Below, piece after piece: positions 38,001 to 52,790 of a DNA stretch of 64,000 bases. Within the stretch, counting starts at the first letter, position 1; the number at the start of each line of letters is the position of its first letter. The notes under the pieces were generated by a model. That model did no database searches and was not told the DNA's origin. It saw nothing but the letters and a program-made list of their open reading frames with translations. Origin of the DNA: the human T2T-CHM13v2.0 reference genome, Homo sapiens. Both the position numbers and the translations under genes were made by a program. The stretch lies in the NCBI RefSeq assembly GCF_009914755.1, contig NC_060933.1. One strand, given 5' to 3'.

Positions 38001-40221
38001 ATCTGCAGACCACAGGTTAAAAAATTAAGATGACTTCTTGTGTATTTCTCTTCATTTGTTTGAGAGAATTTTATTGAAAATTGTTAGGTACATTGATGAT
38101 AATACATAGATGAAGAACATAAGGATCCTCTCACCAAGAATCTTAAAATCTGCTAAGTAATTTCCATGAAGAAAGGACCAGAAAATTGACCGGGGAACAC
38201 AGAGAAGGACTGACGTGTGCATCAATTAGAATGTTGCAAAAACTTTTTTGACCATGACACATAGAGGGAGGAGTGATATTTGGTCTCAACCATAAAGGAT
38301 TTCAAAGGATAAAAAAGAGAGGTATGGTTATTTCAGGCTTACCGAAGGAGCTTGATATAAAGTATGGGAAGCAAGAAGCACATTGGGTGTCTGGAGCCCT
38401 GAGCAGGCCGCCCAGTGTAGCAAGCAAACAAGATAGAGGGAGGATTCAGGAACCAACCACATTCTTGAAGGGACAAAATACCCTACCATTAAAAACTCAG
38501 ACTGTATTCTCTGTTCTTGGTTTTTATTTTTTTTAAATGTTTTTCCTTACTTTAAAAATTTCACTTGAAAAAGTAGGTTTGACTCAACTTCTATCAGTCT
38601 TCAGTTAGTCAGAAAAAAAAATCAAATACAGCTGAATTCAAATGTTAAATTTTAAATCGTTTGACCAAATGGTCATAAAGTCTGGAAACAAAGGTGAATA
38701 CATATAATGGTATACACACTCACACATAGGTTATTGATATTACATTACAGCACATAATGTGTTGAATGATATTGTATTAAAATGTTTTCCAGACTTTATG
38801 GCCATTCAGTATTTTACAGCTCTATTGCATAAATAGTTTCTATCACTTGATAGCAACATGTAGCAGCCTAAACAATACACTGTATTCACAGTGGGAAGAA
38901 TACTGTAGCCTGAAAATTTAAGTAGCATCATCCAAATAGTCTTTTAATTTACTATATGCTGACAAAACTTAAGCCTCAAAAAAAAAAAAGCTTGTCATAC
39001 CTCAGAGTATCAAACTTGCTGATAAGAATTAGAAAAACAGGTAAAATGCAGCTGTTTTTATCAAAGTATTTTATTTAGTCTATTTTTTTTCACCAGAACC
39101 AGTCTATCATCTAGTGACACAGACACAAATTAGAACCAAAGGTAAATATTTTACAAAACCCCATTCTTAAGCTGTTTATGTTTTTGCTCTAAATATCATG
39201 CTTTCCTATATGTATGTTCAGAGTTAAACACAAGTTCTGGTCTGCCAGCTGTAACTTCATTCCATTTTCATATCAGATTATAAGTGAATAGTGACAATGC
39301 TATCAATGGGTATAACTGCTAATGCACGTCAGTTTATGAATAATTCACTAACCCGGTAAAAGCTTTAAGAAATTAGGCATTATTTTTCCAATGAAATTAA
39401 ACGTCATATCCCTACCACCTAACGCAATGCACATAGCAGACAGTCAATAAATATCTGTTGAATAAAAGACTAAATTAAGTCATATAAGCTCCAGCTGTGA
39501 CAACTCTACCATAATATTCTTTAGAAGTGCAAACAACTATAGGCCTTTCAAATATACTTAAATGGATACAGAAATAGATTAAGATAAAGAGGTTAATTAT
39601 GTGTGGTTTCATATTTCATTTTAGAAAACCAATGAATAACAGAATGGTAAGGGATGCTCCACCATAAGAACACTCACTATTGTGAAAATTTACAGGATTT
39701 GTAAAGTAAGATTCTCTGTTCTTTTCACCTGTGTTAATTCTACTGTCTATCTTTGCTGCCCTCCTCTGGAATTCTTATATCACCTGGTCCTCTTTTCCAA
39801 AGAATATGTACTTTATACTTCACTTTAGAATAGAACTATAAGAGATAATTCAAACTTTTTCATTTCTATTTTGCAGTGCTCTTTTTATCGAATTTTATAG
39901 CACAGGCTTGGAGGCAGAGAAGTGACAGTGTAATGACTGCAGGTTATTTCTAGGATTTATCCCAGGACACATTTGTTCTATTTTGTATAACATTTAATGA
40001 CACTTTCTGAACAACCTATGAAACGGTTTGGTCTTTCAAAATATCTTCTGTAAGACTACTATTTGACTAAGACTGTGAGGCACGCTCATGATCAGAGGTA
40101 TTACACTATTTTTTGTTCCAGAACTGACTTTGTCTAGTCTTGTGTACATACCATGAGTATATTTTACAATAGAAGACCTTTCTAATAAAAATAAGTCAAT
40201 GCTAATTTGTTAATTCACAAA

Positions 40222-40385
40222 ATTTTTTTGAGACAGAATCTTGCTCTGCCACCCAGGTTGGAGTACAGTGACACAATCATAACTCACAGTAGCCTCAACT
40301 CCTGGGCTCCATGCCACCATAACAGGCTAATTATTATTTTTTTTATTTTTGATAAAGTAAGGGTCTCACTATGATGCCCATGCTG
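40222..40385 (-). mobile_element. Degenerate, deleted AluJ-like fragment
   Basis: gagacagaatcttgctctgccacccaggttggagtacagtg... Confidence 0.7.
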
Positions 40386-40809
40386 TAACTCATAATTTTT
40401 AAACATTCTTATGTACAAAGGCAATTTGTATCAGTGTACAATAAAAAGCACATATAAAATATAATATTTAAACATTAAAAGAAATGTAAAAAGAAATCAT
40501 GTGAAAGGAAGAGAAATAGAGAGTGGTCTAGCACCAAAAGTATACCAGATATTGTGCCTGTTGGTATTTTCACTTTATCTCATTTGTTTTTCCCAGCAGG
40601 CCTGCTCAGTCAGCAGGAGTCACCATTGCATAGTGGCTAGAATTAAAACCAATAATAATAGTAATAGTAAAAGACAGAAGCAGTTGCATTTGAATAAACT
40701 CCAAAACTTACTTAGCTTTGCTGGGCCTTAATTTTTCACCTACAAGGTAGAGGGAGATAATGTTCAATATGTACCTCATTCAGTGGGTCTGAAGACTAAA
40801 ATAAGTTTT

Positions 40810-42960
40810 TTTCTTTTTTAACAATACAATGATTCAACAAAATTTTACTGAGAGCTGTGTTTCAAGATGTTCCAAGCCTTGGGGATTCAGCAGTGACCAA
40901 AGTGATCAATGTCCCTACCCTCATGAAGCCAATATTCTAGTGAAGGAAAATAATAAAACAAAAAATCAGTAAATATTATGTCAGATGTGATAAGTGCTAT
41001 GACAAAAATAAAGCAGAATAGGGACAATGAAGAATGACTGGCAGCTATTGTATATGGAGTGACCAAGGAAGGCATCTTAGGAGAGGTGATATCTGAGCAG
41101 AGCACTGAAGGAAGTCATGGAATGAGCCCCATGATTATACAAAGGAGCACTTCTCAGGCAAAGAGAACAAGTGCAAAGCCTTTGTAGTAGGAATGCACTC
41201 AGTAAGTACAAGGAATGGCAGATAAGCTAGTATGGTTAGAACAGAGTGAGTGAGGAGAAAAATGATAGGAAATGAGATCAGAGAGGCTGTGAGACATTCA
41301 AGCATGTGCAGCCTTGTGGGCTAGGTTAAGAACTTTGCATTCAACTCTCAGTGAAATGCATTGAGAAAAGGAGTAACATAATCTCATTTATGTTTTTATT
41401 CTGGATTACACAGCTGCTATACAGGCAATAGACAAAAGGGAAGAGAGCAAAAGCAGAAACTAAGACAAAGTTCCATGTGATGGCAGGGACCAGTGTAGCT
41501 GTTATAGAAATGATGAGAACTGGTTGTTGTATTAGTCAGGGTTCTCTAGAGAGACAGAACTAATAGGATATATATGTAAGTTAATAGTTTATCAAGTATT
41601 AACTTATATGATCACAAGCTCCCACAATAGGCTGTCTGCAAGCTGAGGATCAAGGAGAGCCAGTCTGGTCCCAAAACTGAAGAACTCAGAGTTTGATGTT
41701 TGAGGACAGGAAGCATCCAGCACAGGAGAAAGATGTAGTCTGGGAGGCTAGGCCAGTCTCACCTCTTCACATTTTCCTGCCTGCTTTATATTTGCTGGCA
41801 GCTGATTAGATTGTGGCCACCAGATTAAGGGTGGATCTGCTATCCCCAACCCACTGACTCAAATATTAATCTCTTTTGGCAACATCCTCACAGACACACT
41901 CAGGATCAATACTTTGTATCCTTCAATCCAATAAAGTTGTCACTCAGTATTAACCTTCATAAGTCCACCCTTTGTCAACTTGAACCCATACTCATCTCCT
42001 GAGATCATACTTAATCTTCAAATAAAGAAAATAATAAGGTCATAGTTATGCCTAACATAATACAACTATCCTTCGTACAGCCAGAAACGCACAAATCCCC
42101 AACCCAAATACTATACCATAAAGTTAACAATACTTAAATGCTGACATGAAGTCAGTAAATCTTCAGTCCAATCAAGTTGGCACTTGGTATTAACAATCAC
42201 ATTTGTATTTTGCATCTCTTTGAGTGGTAGTGCCATCAGATTTGCTGATCTACTGGAAGTGAAGATGAAAGAAAATTAAGTTTTATATATCAATTTTTGG
42301 TCTAAGTAACCAGAGAATAAAGACGGCATTTACCAATGTGAGAAACAATATATGAGTAGGAAGTTTGGAGTGGGAAAAAAAAATAAGAGTTTGTTTTGGA
42401 CATATTAAGTTTGATACTATAGTAGAAAGCCTAGTAAGCAGTTGTATGTCCAAGTGTGGATGTTGAGTGAACAATCTTGGCTGCAGATATAAATTTGGTA
42501 AAAATATGATATTTAAAGCTATGAGACTGGATAAGATTGTTTAGGGCTCAGTGAAAACCCAAGACCATTCCATGAACTAAGCCCCGGAGTATTTCAATAT
42601 TTAAAAGTTAAGGAAAAGAAGAGGAACCAGAAAAGAAAACTGAGAAAGAATGGTGAATGAAAATCAAGAGAGGTGCAACTCGGGTGACAAATGAACAATT
42701 TTTTTCAAAAAGGATGGGGGCTAGCAATTCAAACCAAATGGTTGTAACAGGTTGATTACATGAGAATTAAAACTGACCTTTGAATTTGACAATGTAGAGA
42801 TCATGGCCATGTTTACAAGAATAGGTTTTCATTCTTCCTTTTAAAGGATGGAAGGAGAGGAATAGAGGGAGTGAGTATGGAAACTTTTTCATTAAGATTT
42901 TCTCTGAAAGGAAGCAGAAAAAGGGGATAGTAGGTGGAAGAGCAATAGGATGAAAAGTAC
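40810..42960 (-). mobile_element. L2 fragments interrupted by an MLT2 LTR
   Basis: Antisense L2 motifs on both sides of the MLT2 insertion. Confidence 0.6.
41527..42200. mobile_element. MLT2A-like LTR (ERVL) with adjacent sequence
   Basis: tgtattagtcagggttctctagagagacagaactaatagga...caggatcaatactttgtatccttcaatcca. Confidence 0.8.
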
Positions 42961-42977
42961 AAAAAAAAATTTGCAAA

Positions 42978-43470
42978 AATGACCATAATTATTCTCTTCC
43001 CTGTATTCATTTCCCCTTTGCATTGTGACTTTGCAGATCTTCTCATCAACAGATGGAATCTGAAATGACCGTGCAGCTTGTTTGACCGTCAGAAGGCAGT
43101 GAAAGTGATATTGTTCTGAGCTTCATCATGCCTTGCAAACTCTCCACTTTCTCTTGAAATACCTTCCAATCACCATGTTAACAAGCCCAAGCTAGTCTGC
43201 TGGATGATGAGAGACATGTGTCTCCATCACCTCAACTCTCCTTTTCACCCCCTCACTCTGTCACTCAAGTACGGGCAATCAACCCCCCGAAGCAGAGCCA
43301 CCTAACCAAATAAAAATTAACCAAGATACATGAGGGAGCCCAGGCAAGAACAAAACAGCCCCACTGAGCCCAACCTAAACTACCAACCAAGAGAATCATG
43401 AACTGACAACATAGCTGCTATTTTAAAGACAATGATTTTGGGGGTGCAGCAAAACGAAACTGACATAGAA
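42978..43470. mobile_element. MLT1-type LTR
   Basis: caccatgttaacaagcccaagctagtctgctggatgatgagagacatgtg... Confidence 0.6.
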
Positions 43471-44354
43471 AGGAGTTTTTTGCCATTGTTTTGTCATTAT
43501 GGTTATTTGTTTTAATATGGGAGATAATGTAGCATGTTTGCTTGTGGGAATAATTCAGCAAGAGGAAAAAATAATGGTGATCAGAGAGGAGACCATTTTA
43601 AAAGCAATATTTTGAGTAGGATAGGAAATGTGAGTTTCAGTCCACTGGTAGGAATTTTGGCCTTATATGGAAGCATAGATAAATAGCATGTGCAAAGAGG
43701 AGATGACAGAGTGCCATGTACACTATATGTAAGTGCTCAATGAACACAAATCAATATGTTTAAATGATATGGCTATCCTTGGAAACATTAATTACAGACC
43801 TAAATTTTAAAGTAAGTTTTTCTGGTCTCAAAGCCCTTTCTAAAATAACTGCCAGGGATCTTTTTTTTGCTTTATGTAGAATTATTTTCTTAATTATCTC
43901 CATATATCCAAATCCCATCCATTATTTGAAAATAAGTATCACCTTTCCATGAACTCTTCCTTCATATTCCCATCTTAAAGCAATCTGTCATTCCTAATAC
44001 AACTAAGGCCCATAATAATTGTATCTCAGTGTTTTCAAATACACTTACAAATTTCTTACTTGTCTTATAATTATATGGATTAATAGAAACTCCTCATTAA
44101 TGAATTATATGCTAACTATAATTGATTATAGAATTATGAGTTATTAGAATCTATATCTGATTTATCTTTTAACCACCTCAAGATCTACCTAATATAATAT
44201 GGAATGTATAAATATGAATGAATGAAAATGTTAAGGTAATTAAGCATTACATTTAATGTCCTGACATAGACAGTCAAATGGGGGTAAATTTAAAGGCTGA
44301 CATAGTTTAACACATTATTTTAGGTGTATATTTATTATCCACTTTTTAAAATTT

Positions 44355-44657
44355 TAATATTTATTTGTTTATTTAAGGAGGGAGCCTCGCTCTGGCACCC
44401 AGGCTTGAGTGCAATGGTGGAATCTCAGCTGCAACCTCCGCCTCCTTGAGTTCAAGCAATTCTCATACTTCAGCTTCCCAAGTGGCTGGGACTACAGGCA
44501 TGCACCACCATGCCCACCTAATTTTTGTATTTTTTTTGTAGAGATGGGGTTTTACCATGTTGGCCAGGCTGGTCTTGAACTTTTGACATCACGTGATCCA
44601 CCCGCCTCGGCCTCCCAAAGTGCTGGGATTTACAGGCATGAGCCACCATGTCCAGCC
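44355..44657 (-). mobile_element. Alu (S family)
   Basis: Reverse Alu dimer. Confidence 0.92.
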
Positions 44658-46679
44658 TATTGTCCACTTTTAGATATATGAAAAGCCTACTCATTCATTT
44701 GTGTACACGTATGGATAGACTAGATATTATGGAATAGTTTATCAGTAATTTCCTGCAAATAACAATTGCATCTTAATTTCTGAACTGGAGAATATTTAGC
44801 AACTATTTTTGTAAGCTTTTGTCCTTTTTAAGAACAGATTGTTGATCCCTTCTCTGATCTCTAACAGTTCATTTAAATTATCTAAATATTGCTGCAGCTG
44901 GATGTAGGAAGCTATCTTTATGAACTCCAGCCAATTGCAACATACAAAGAAACACTCAAAAATGCCTAAAATAAACATGCAAAATAGAATATGATGCTTC
45001 CTACATAGAAAATTCCTTTTCTCGCTTTTGCAATAAAAATATATTCCAAAGCATTAAATCATTATAGAAATAAATGCCAAATAGTTCTTCTAAAGACCAC
45101 TAATATTTGCTTAATCGTATAAGTTTCCCTAAAAAGAAAAGATATCATGCAACAAAAATGCCCCAATTCAGCTACACAACCAACTGATCCTTAGGAAAAA
45201 GTAAAATCCTGTTTCTCTGTTATCTATTAGATTGATTAGTAAGGATACTACTTGAGGGACAATAGAACTGGCATCTGTAAGCTGTAGAGAGCACCATTGT
45301 GCATACCTCCATTGCATAAATTCATCTTCTAAAATAGTTTTAAAATGTAAATGAAACAAGAACAATTGTGAGTTCTCCCAAATAGCTGTGACTATATATC
45401 CCTGAAAACTTGAAAAGCCAACTCTCATAGAAGATTATTTGCTGGTTAGTTTTCTGTCTAAAAGTGGGTACCATCCTTTAAAGACATGAAGCATACTCTG
45501 TGATAAGAAAGAGGAGAAAAATCTAAGCATGATAAAGCCAAAACTAGAAAATCTGAGTAACAGACTGTTAAGTCAAAGAAGCATTAGCTGCACAATGAGA
45601 TGAGAGCAGCTCATATAAAGACTAGAGAGCAGGAGAAGGGCCTGAGACAAAAGAATGAAGTGCCCAGAGATGTGAACTTTCCTGTATCTCATAAAATTAT
45701 AATGAATTCTTAAAGACCAACTGGGGGCTAAATCGACATTTCAGAGTCTCTGGAGCCGCACATACAAGTGGAGTCCATATCCGCTCATGAAGTCTTTTCC
45801 AAGGGCATCCACCAGGCACTCATGAGAAAGATTGCTGGCAAAGCATAAGACCTGTGTGCCTCCCTCAATGGCACAAGCATGCATGACCTGCCAAAGAGTA
45901 AAAGTGGAGCAGGAGTATCTACAGAAGCCTATCCATTCTCCAAAAACTCTGTAAATACCAAGAAATGATCAGCTGCCACTAGCAGCAGGCACAGAACCTC
46001 CCACGTCCTGATTTCCTTTCAAATACAAAGCAAAAGCCATCTACCACTGAAGTGGTAAGAATCATGCCCATATCTCAGAGTTGACCTTGGTGTGCCATGA
46101 AACAAAAGCCAGCTTCCTCTGGGGCAGAGCAGGACCCTTCCATCCCTCATCCGAGGCAAAGATAAGCTGCAGCTGAGGAAGTGGCAAAAATCCCACTTGT
46201 GCATAGAATTCTGCCCTTTTCAAGGCAATGTTCAGCTACTACCCCGGAAGGACAAAAAACTTACTCACACCCAAGATCTCCCACCTATACAAGATAGTTT
46301 TGTTGACACTAGGAGGAGAAGCAGGAAATTTGCTTACACTCTCCAAGTGCACTGGGGAACAAGCAGGAAGGTTGAGAAAACCCCACTTCCTGGGCTCATA
46401 TATATATAAGACTGGCCCAAGTCTGAGGGTGGAGTAGGGGAATGAGAAACCACTCCCGTTACCACCAGAGACCTTGCATCAAATAACAAGGAACATAGTT
46501 GTGCCTTAGGAGAAGGGCAAGAGCATGGACAAAGAACCCTTCTGTGATGCAGGTGAGCAAGGCTTGCTGAAGACTGGGGGTGAAGCAAAAACATTGAGAA
46601 ACACACTCTGGAACCCCAAGCCCCACTCTGGGCCAAGATAATAGCAGCCCAACACTAGAGGATATCCACTGACAAAAAG

Positions 46680-47625
46680 AATGTACTTTGATTTTTATGT
46701 CACCATGTATAAAAACTAACTCAAAATGGACCATACACCTAGGTGGAAGAGCTGAAGCTCTAAAACTTCTAGAAGAAAACGCAAGTAACTTCTAAATTCA
46801 ATAAGAAGACAAACAAGATATAAGAATAGCAAATAAGCACCTAAAAGATGCTCATTATCTTTAATCATTAGGAAAGTGCAAGTTTTTAAACCACTGTGAG
46901 ATGTTATCAATGCTATGTACCTGTTAGGATTACTAATGTAAAAAGACTGGTCATACCAAATTCTAGATAGAATGCGGGAAAATTTGAAATTTTCATTTAT
47001 TGTTGGGGGAATGCAAAATGCCACTTTGAAAATATGAATGCACAGCCACTTTGAAAAACAGTTTGACTTTTTTTATAAAGGTAAGCATGCATTTACTATA
47101 TGGGATAATAATTCCACTCCTATTCATAAACCGAAGAGAACTGAAAACATGTTTCTGTACAAGGACCTGTACGTGAATGGTTTTAGCAGTTTGGGCCGTA
47201 AATGCCCCAAACTGTAAAAAATCCAAATGTCCTTCAAATGGTGAGTGGATAGACAGATGGTGATTAATCCATAAGTGGAACACTATTCATCAAGAGAAAG
47301 AAACAAACTACTGACATATGCAACAAAATGGATGATTCTTGAAGCATTGAACTAAGTAAAAAAAAGCCAAGCAAAAGACATATATTGTATGAGTCCATGA
47401 TTTGACATTCTAGAAACTTCAAAACTGTGGGAATACAAAACAGATCAGTGGTTTCTAGCAGGTATGATGGAGGAAGAGGATTGCCTGAAAGGTGTGTGAA
47501 GAAAGCTTCTGGAGTGATGAAAATTCCATATCTTGATTGCAGTGGCCATTATACAACTGTAGACATTTTTCAAAACTGGTAAATGAGCTTTTTTGGTACG
47601 TAAAATATATCACAATAAAAAGAGA
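46680..47625 (+). mobile_element. Old L1M (MC/ME-like) 3' region
   Basis: aaaactaactcaaaatggacc, aaatgtccttcaaatggtgagtggatagac and an L1M 3'UTR. Confidence 0.7.
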
Positions 47626-47888
47626 GAGAAAATTAAAATCTTCAACATTTAACCCTGTTCAAAATCAGAGTTAAGAACCACTGCATCCTCATTAGTATAG
47701 AGATGAGTTAAAAAAAAAAAAAACTGCAATAGTCAAGCAGAAGTATAGCATTTGTACATGAGTAGAAGTTGTTGACTATCCAGCAGCACCTGGAATTTCT
47801 TGGTCACAACTTGACTTCATTGGAGACAGAAAAGGTGCATCCTGATTCCAAAAGGTCTGTTTAAGTCAAGGAAACAGGTGTGATTTAC

Positions 47889-48010
47889 CTTACACTACTT
47901 TTCTCCAAAAGAATTAATAAAGGAAATTGTCACTACAGGATGTACAATTGCTGAGAAAAACTCAGCAATAAAGGCTAGCAAAAAAATACGGGAGGTTGGT
48001 TGATGAGGTC
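47889..48010 (-). pseudogene. Exon-like segment (GPHQPTSRIFLLAFIAEFFSAIVHPVVTISFINSFGEK*CK)
   Basis: tttctctctaag acceptor and AAG|gtaaat donor. Ends in phase 0, matching the phase-0 acceptor at 45401. Confidence 0.55.
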
Positions 48011-49127
48011 CTTAGAGAGAAATAATAAACAAAATTCAGAAATGAACTTCCTTAGCTTTGTTCTTTTAGATTATCCTGTTCAAAATAAATCCTACCCAAG
48101 CCAATGGGGAAGGGGACTTCTGTGCTTCCTTGAAGATTTTAGCAAAACTTGTTTATGTTTTCGATTATTGTAAAATCTCTGAAAATGGAACAACTAGTTG
48201 GCCCTGAAGAGTAGCTCTTTGCTTTTATTTTCCATTATGAGAAAAAGTATGAAGTAGGTATATAAGCTCTTACCCTGTGTTGGTCACCGCACACAGTAGG
48301 GTTTGAGGTACAAAGTGTGGAGAAAGTGTTCTGAATGTTTGCATCACAGTTCTCTAGTGAGCAAGACGTTCCACCTTCTTACCTACAAATACACTGACAC
48401 ATAAGCTGTCTGAGTTCCTGCTGGAGTTGGTTTAAGCAGAACACATTTATCCAGCGATATGATGTGGTTGGATGTGACTGCCAACAATGCTTAGTGGCAT
48501 AATTTATTATGCATGTCCTTTATTGGGAACTCCTTTTCAGTGGTATTCAATGGACTATAAATATCACTTGCTGTGAAATGCAGATTGTTCTTACAGATGC
48601 TTTACCACATCCCAGAGTTAATTTCCAGTTCTCCTTTAGCACACTTCCCAACGTTTTATATCTTTGTTGTATTCTTTTCTTTTGAAATACCATCTCCTTC
48701 TCTTGTTGACTTTAAATAAAAAATAACACTCCAAAATCATTAAAGAGGCTCCTTCTAGCTCTAAGGTTCATGAGCATATTAAAATAAAATCTATTGAAAT
48801 CAATCTCTTCACTGAGCCAGTATCCAAACCAGAAAAAAATATTTAGGAACAATTTTTTCTGAACTAAATAAAAATGAATTTTCAAAAAAAGTGTCCCAAA
48901 TTCTGAATAAAAAATTAAACTTTTTAATATCATATTAAAAAAATGATTACTGAAGGAGATTTATACATGTCTGATGTTTTATTCAGACCACTCAAGCTAT
49001 TTTTGTGATTGTCAAAACCATAAAATGTCTGTTTAATCACAAAATGTCTGTTTGTACTTTCTTTTTCCTCTTTGGGAGGCCCCAATTGTAACATAAAATG
49101 AGTTGCAAAAAAGAAAGGAAAACTTAC

Positions 49128-49321
49128 TGTATCAGAATCTGTCTAGAAGTCATTACTAATAAACATAGACTTTTTAATCAATTTCATCAGATGTTCTAAA
49201 ATAACTTGCAGGTCTCTGATCACCTCCTTTTTAATAAATAAAATATTAAACAGGACATTTAACTCATCCACATTTGGGAAATGTACTTCATGCTGTGTTC
49301 CATTCTCTGAAATCAGATATC
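49128..49321 (-). pseudogene. Exon-like segment resembling the C-terminal half of an RGS domain (YLISENGTQHEVHFP...LEHLMKLIKKSMFISNDF*TDSDT)
   Basis: Consensus CA|gtaagt donor. One in-frame TAG near the end. Confidence 0.55.
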
Positions 49322-50461
49322 CTGGGGTTATTGACAAACTATTCTAACTTTTTTGATTTTTATCAGAGCTTGGTTTATAATGTACAACATTAAAAAAACA
49401 TTAACTGCTTGACATAGGAATGTAGTTTAAGAAGATTAAGATACATCCATAAAATGGAATATTACAAAGGCATTATAAGGTATTCTATAAATCTATAGTA
49501 AAATATATAGATATATGTTCATGACATATTGCAAAGTGAAACAATCAGGTTATAAAATAATGTATATGATAAATTAAATTTGAAAAGAATAAATATGTTG
49601 TGTATACATGGAGGCATGGAAATTTAGAGGAAGAAGATTTAAAAGAACAAACACTAAGTAACTGCAGTCATCATTTGGTAGCATTATGGGTGATAGTTTC
49701 TGCTTTTACTTTTTTATATTTTCTAATTTTTATGATGAACATGAAATACTTGCATAATCAAAATAAATATCTAAAACACATTATAAACTTTCAAGTCACA
49801 TACTTGGACAAAAGAAAATACAGTAATTGGAGAGCAAAATCTAAAATAAATGCAGAAAACCATATATTCAATCTATAAGTGTTATGCATATGCCAATATC
49901 AAGATAATGTTTTTCTACATAACTAATGATAAAGCCAAGCATGAGGCATAACAAACACTTAGGTTGGAATAGCTAAGGTACTTTAATGATAAGTCAAGAA
50001 GGGGTACATAAGAGTACCCCTTCTTGAGTTTTGTAAGTAGTTGCACAGAAATAGTCACAGAATACTACCTATGAGTTACCTATTCTCTCTTAGTGACTCA
50101 GGAAGCTATCTGCTGATTTAAAGTAAGGCACACTCCTACATTAAAATACATACTTATAAAGAAACATGTAATAGAAGCACTAGTGTAGTGCTTCACTATA
50201 AGCCAGGCACTATTCTAAATGTTTCACATGTAAAACCCATTTAATCCTCTCAACACTATGATGTCATATTACTATTATCCCCATTTTTCAGATGAGGAAA
50301 CGGATGCAAATAGGGGTTAAGTAATTTATTAAAATACTTAGGGCTCACCAGTGGCAGAGAAGAATCCAGATCTAGGTAGCCAGGATCTATATTTTTAGCC
50401 ACTATGTTATACTACTTCTCAAAAGAAAATTAATAGAATATTAACAGAAAATAAAATTCTG

Positions 50462-50623
50462 ATGTATATACTACATATATATGTATATACATATATAGAT
50501 ACATATATATGTATATACATATATAGATACATATATATGTATAGACATATATAGATACATATATATGTATAGACATATATAGATACATATATATGTATAG
50601 ACATATATAGATACACATGTGTA

Positions 50624-50640
<17 letters not shown>
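50462..50640. repeat. 28-bp-period AT-rich minisatellite (ATATATAGATACATATATATGTATAGAC)n at an Alu tail
   Basis: About 5-6 visible units merging into (TA)n and then poly-T. Confidence 0.9.
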
Positions 50641-51297
<657 letters not shown>

Positions 51298-51747
51298 TTA
51301 TAATCACAGACTTTTATCAGGCAATCCCATGTGCAAGTTCCTGAAGCTGATGCACTAGTTTTCAGATGTTTGCTTTCTGCCCAGAGTGGGGGGCTTGCAT
51401 GCTCCAAGTCTAGATAATCTCCGAGGTTTCCATTGTTGCCTACAAAGTCCCTGGGTAATTTTTACTTTCTCTACCCTCTGAGACACTCTCAGCATGCTCT
51501 GACTCAATGGAATATTCTTGATACACAGAATAACTAGGGGAGAGAAGAAAATAGTCCCTTCCACATCTCTCCGGAAGAGGCCACTATGAATTTTCTCACC
51601 TCATTGACCCTTCCATATTTTCTGGCCTATTTTAAATTTAGTCCAGATGAGGAAAAATAAGGTCTCACCATGACCCGACAGGTAAAGGAAAGGCATGAAC
51701 TTGGCTGACACTTTCCCTTGGTGACAGTCTAATTAATCCTACCACAT

Positions 51748-52062
51748 TTCTTTCTCTTTTTTTATTATTTGTTTATTATTTTTGATACAGAGTCTCACTC
51801 TGTTGCCCAGGCTGGAGTGCATGGTGCGATCTCAGCTCACTGCAACCTCCACCTCCCCAGGTTCAAGCAATTCTCGTGCCTCAGCCTCCCAAGTAGCTGG
51901 GATTACAGGCATGCACCACCAGGCCTGGCTAATCTTTGTATTTTTAGTACAGGTGGGGTTTCACCATGTTAGCCAAGCTGGTCTCAAACTCCTGGCCTCA
52001 AGTGATCTGCCCACCTCGGCCTCCCAAAGTGCTGGGATTACAGGCTGAGCCACCGTGTCCTA
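51748..52062 (-). mobile_element. Alu (Sx/Sz-like)
   Basis: Reverse Alu with TSD taatcctaccacatttct. Confidence 0.93.
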
Positions 52063-52435
52063 CCCTAATCCTACCACATTTCTACTGGGTTTCATATGTT
52101 ACAGCTCAAGACCAAGTCTGACTAATGATTAAAATTGTTAGTATGCTAAAGTTTGGTGCTTGTGAAACCCAGACAGCAATACTCAATTAAAAACAGGGCT
52201 ACTTAAAAGGTTAAACAAAAGCACAGTTGATAAATGTATACGTTCATTTCTCATTAATTATCTTAGCCATTATTTAATGTTTGGGCAAAAAAATACAATT
52301 CAACAATATGATGAAATTCAAAGTAATGTTTTGACCATCTAATTCATAATTTATAATATCCCAGCACCAAATTTTTATAGCATTGTTCAGCTAATGGGTT
52401 CAGAGAAATATTCTGTGATTGTTCTGGGGAAATTA

Positions 52436-52790
<355 letters not shown>

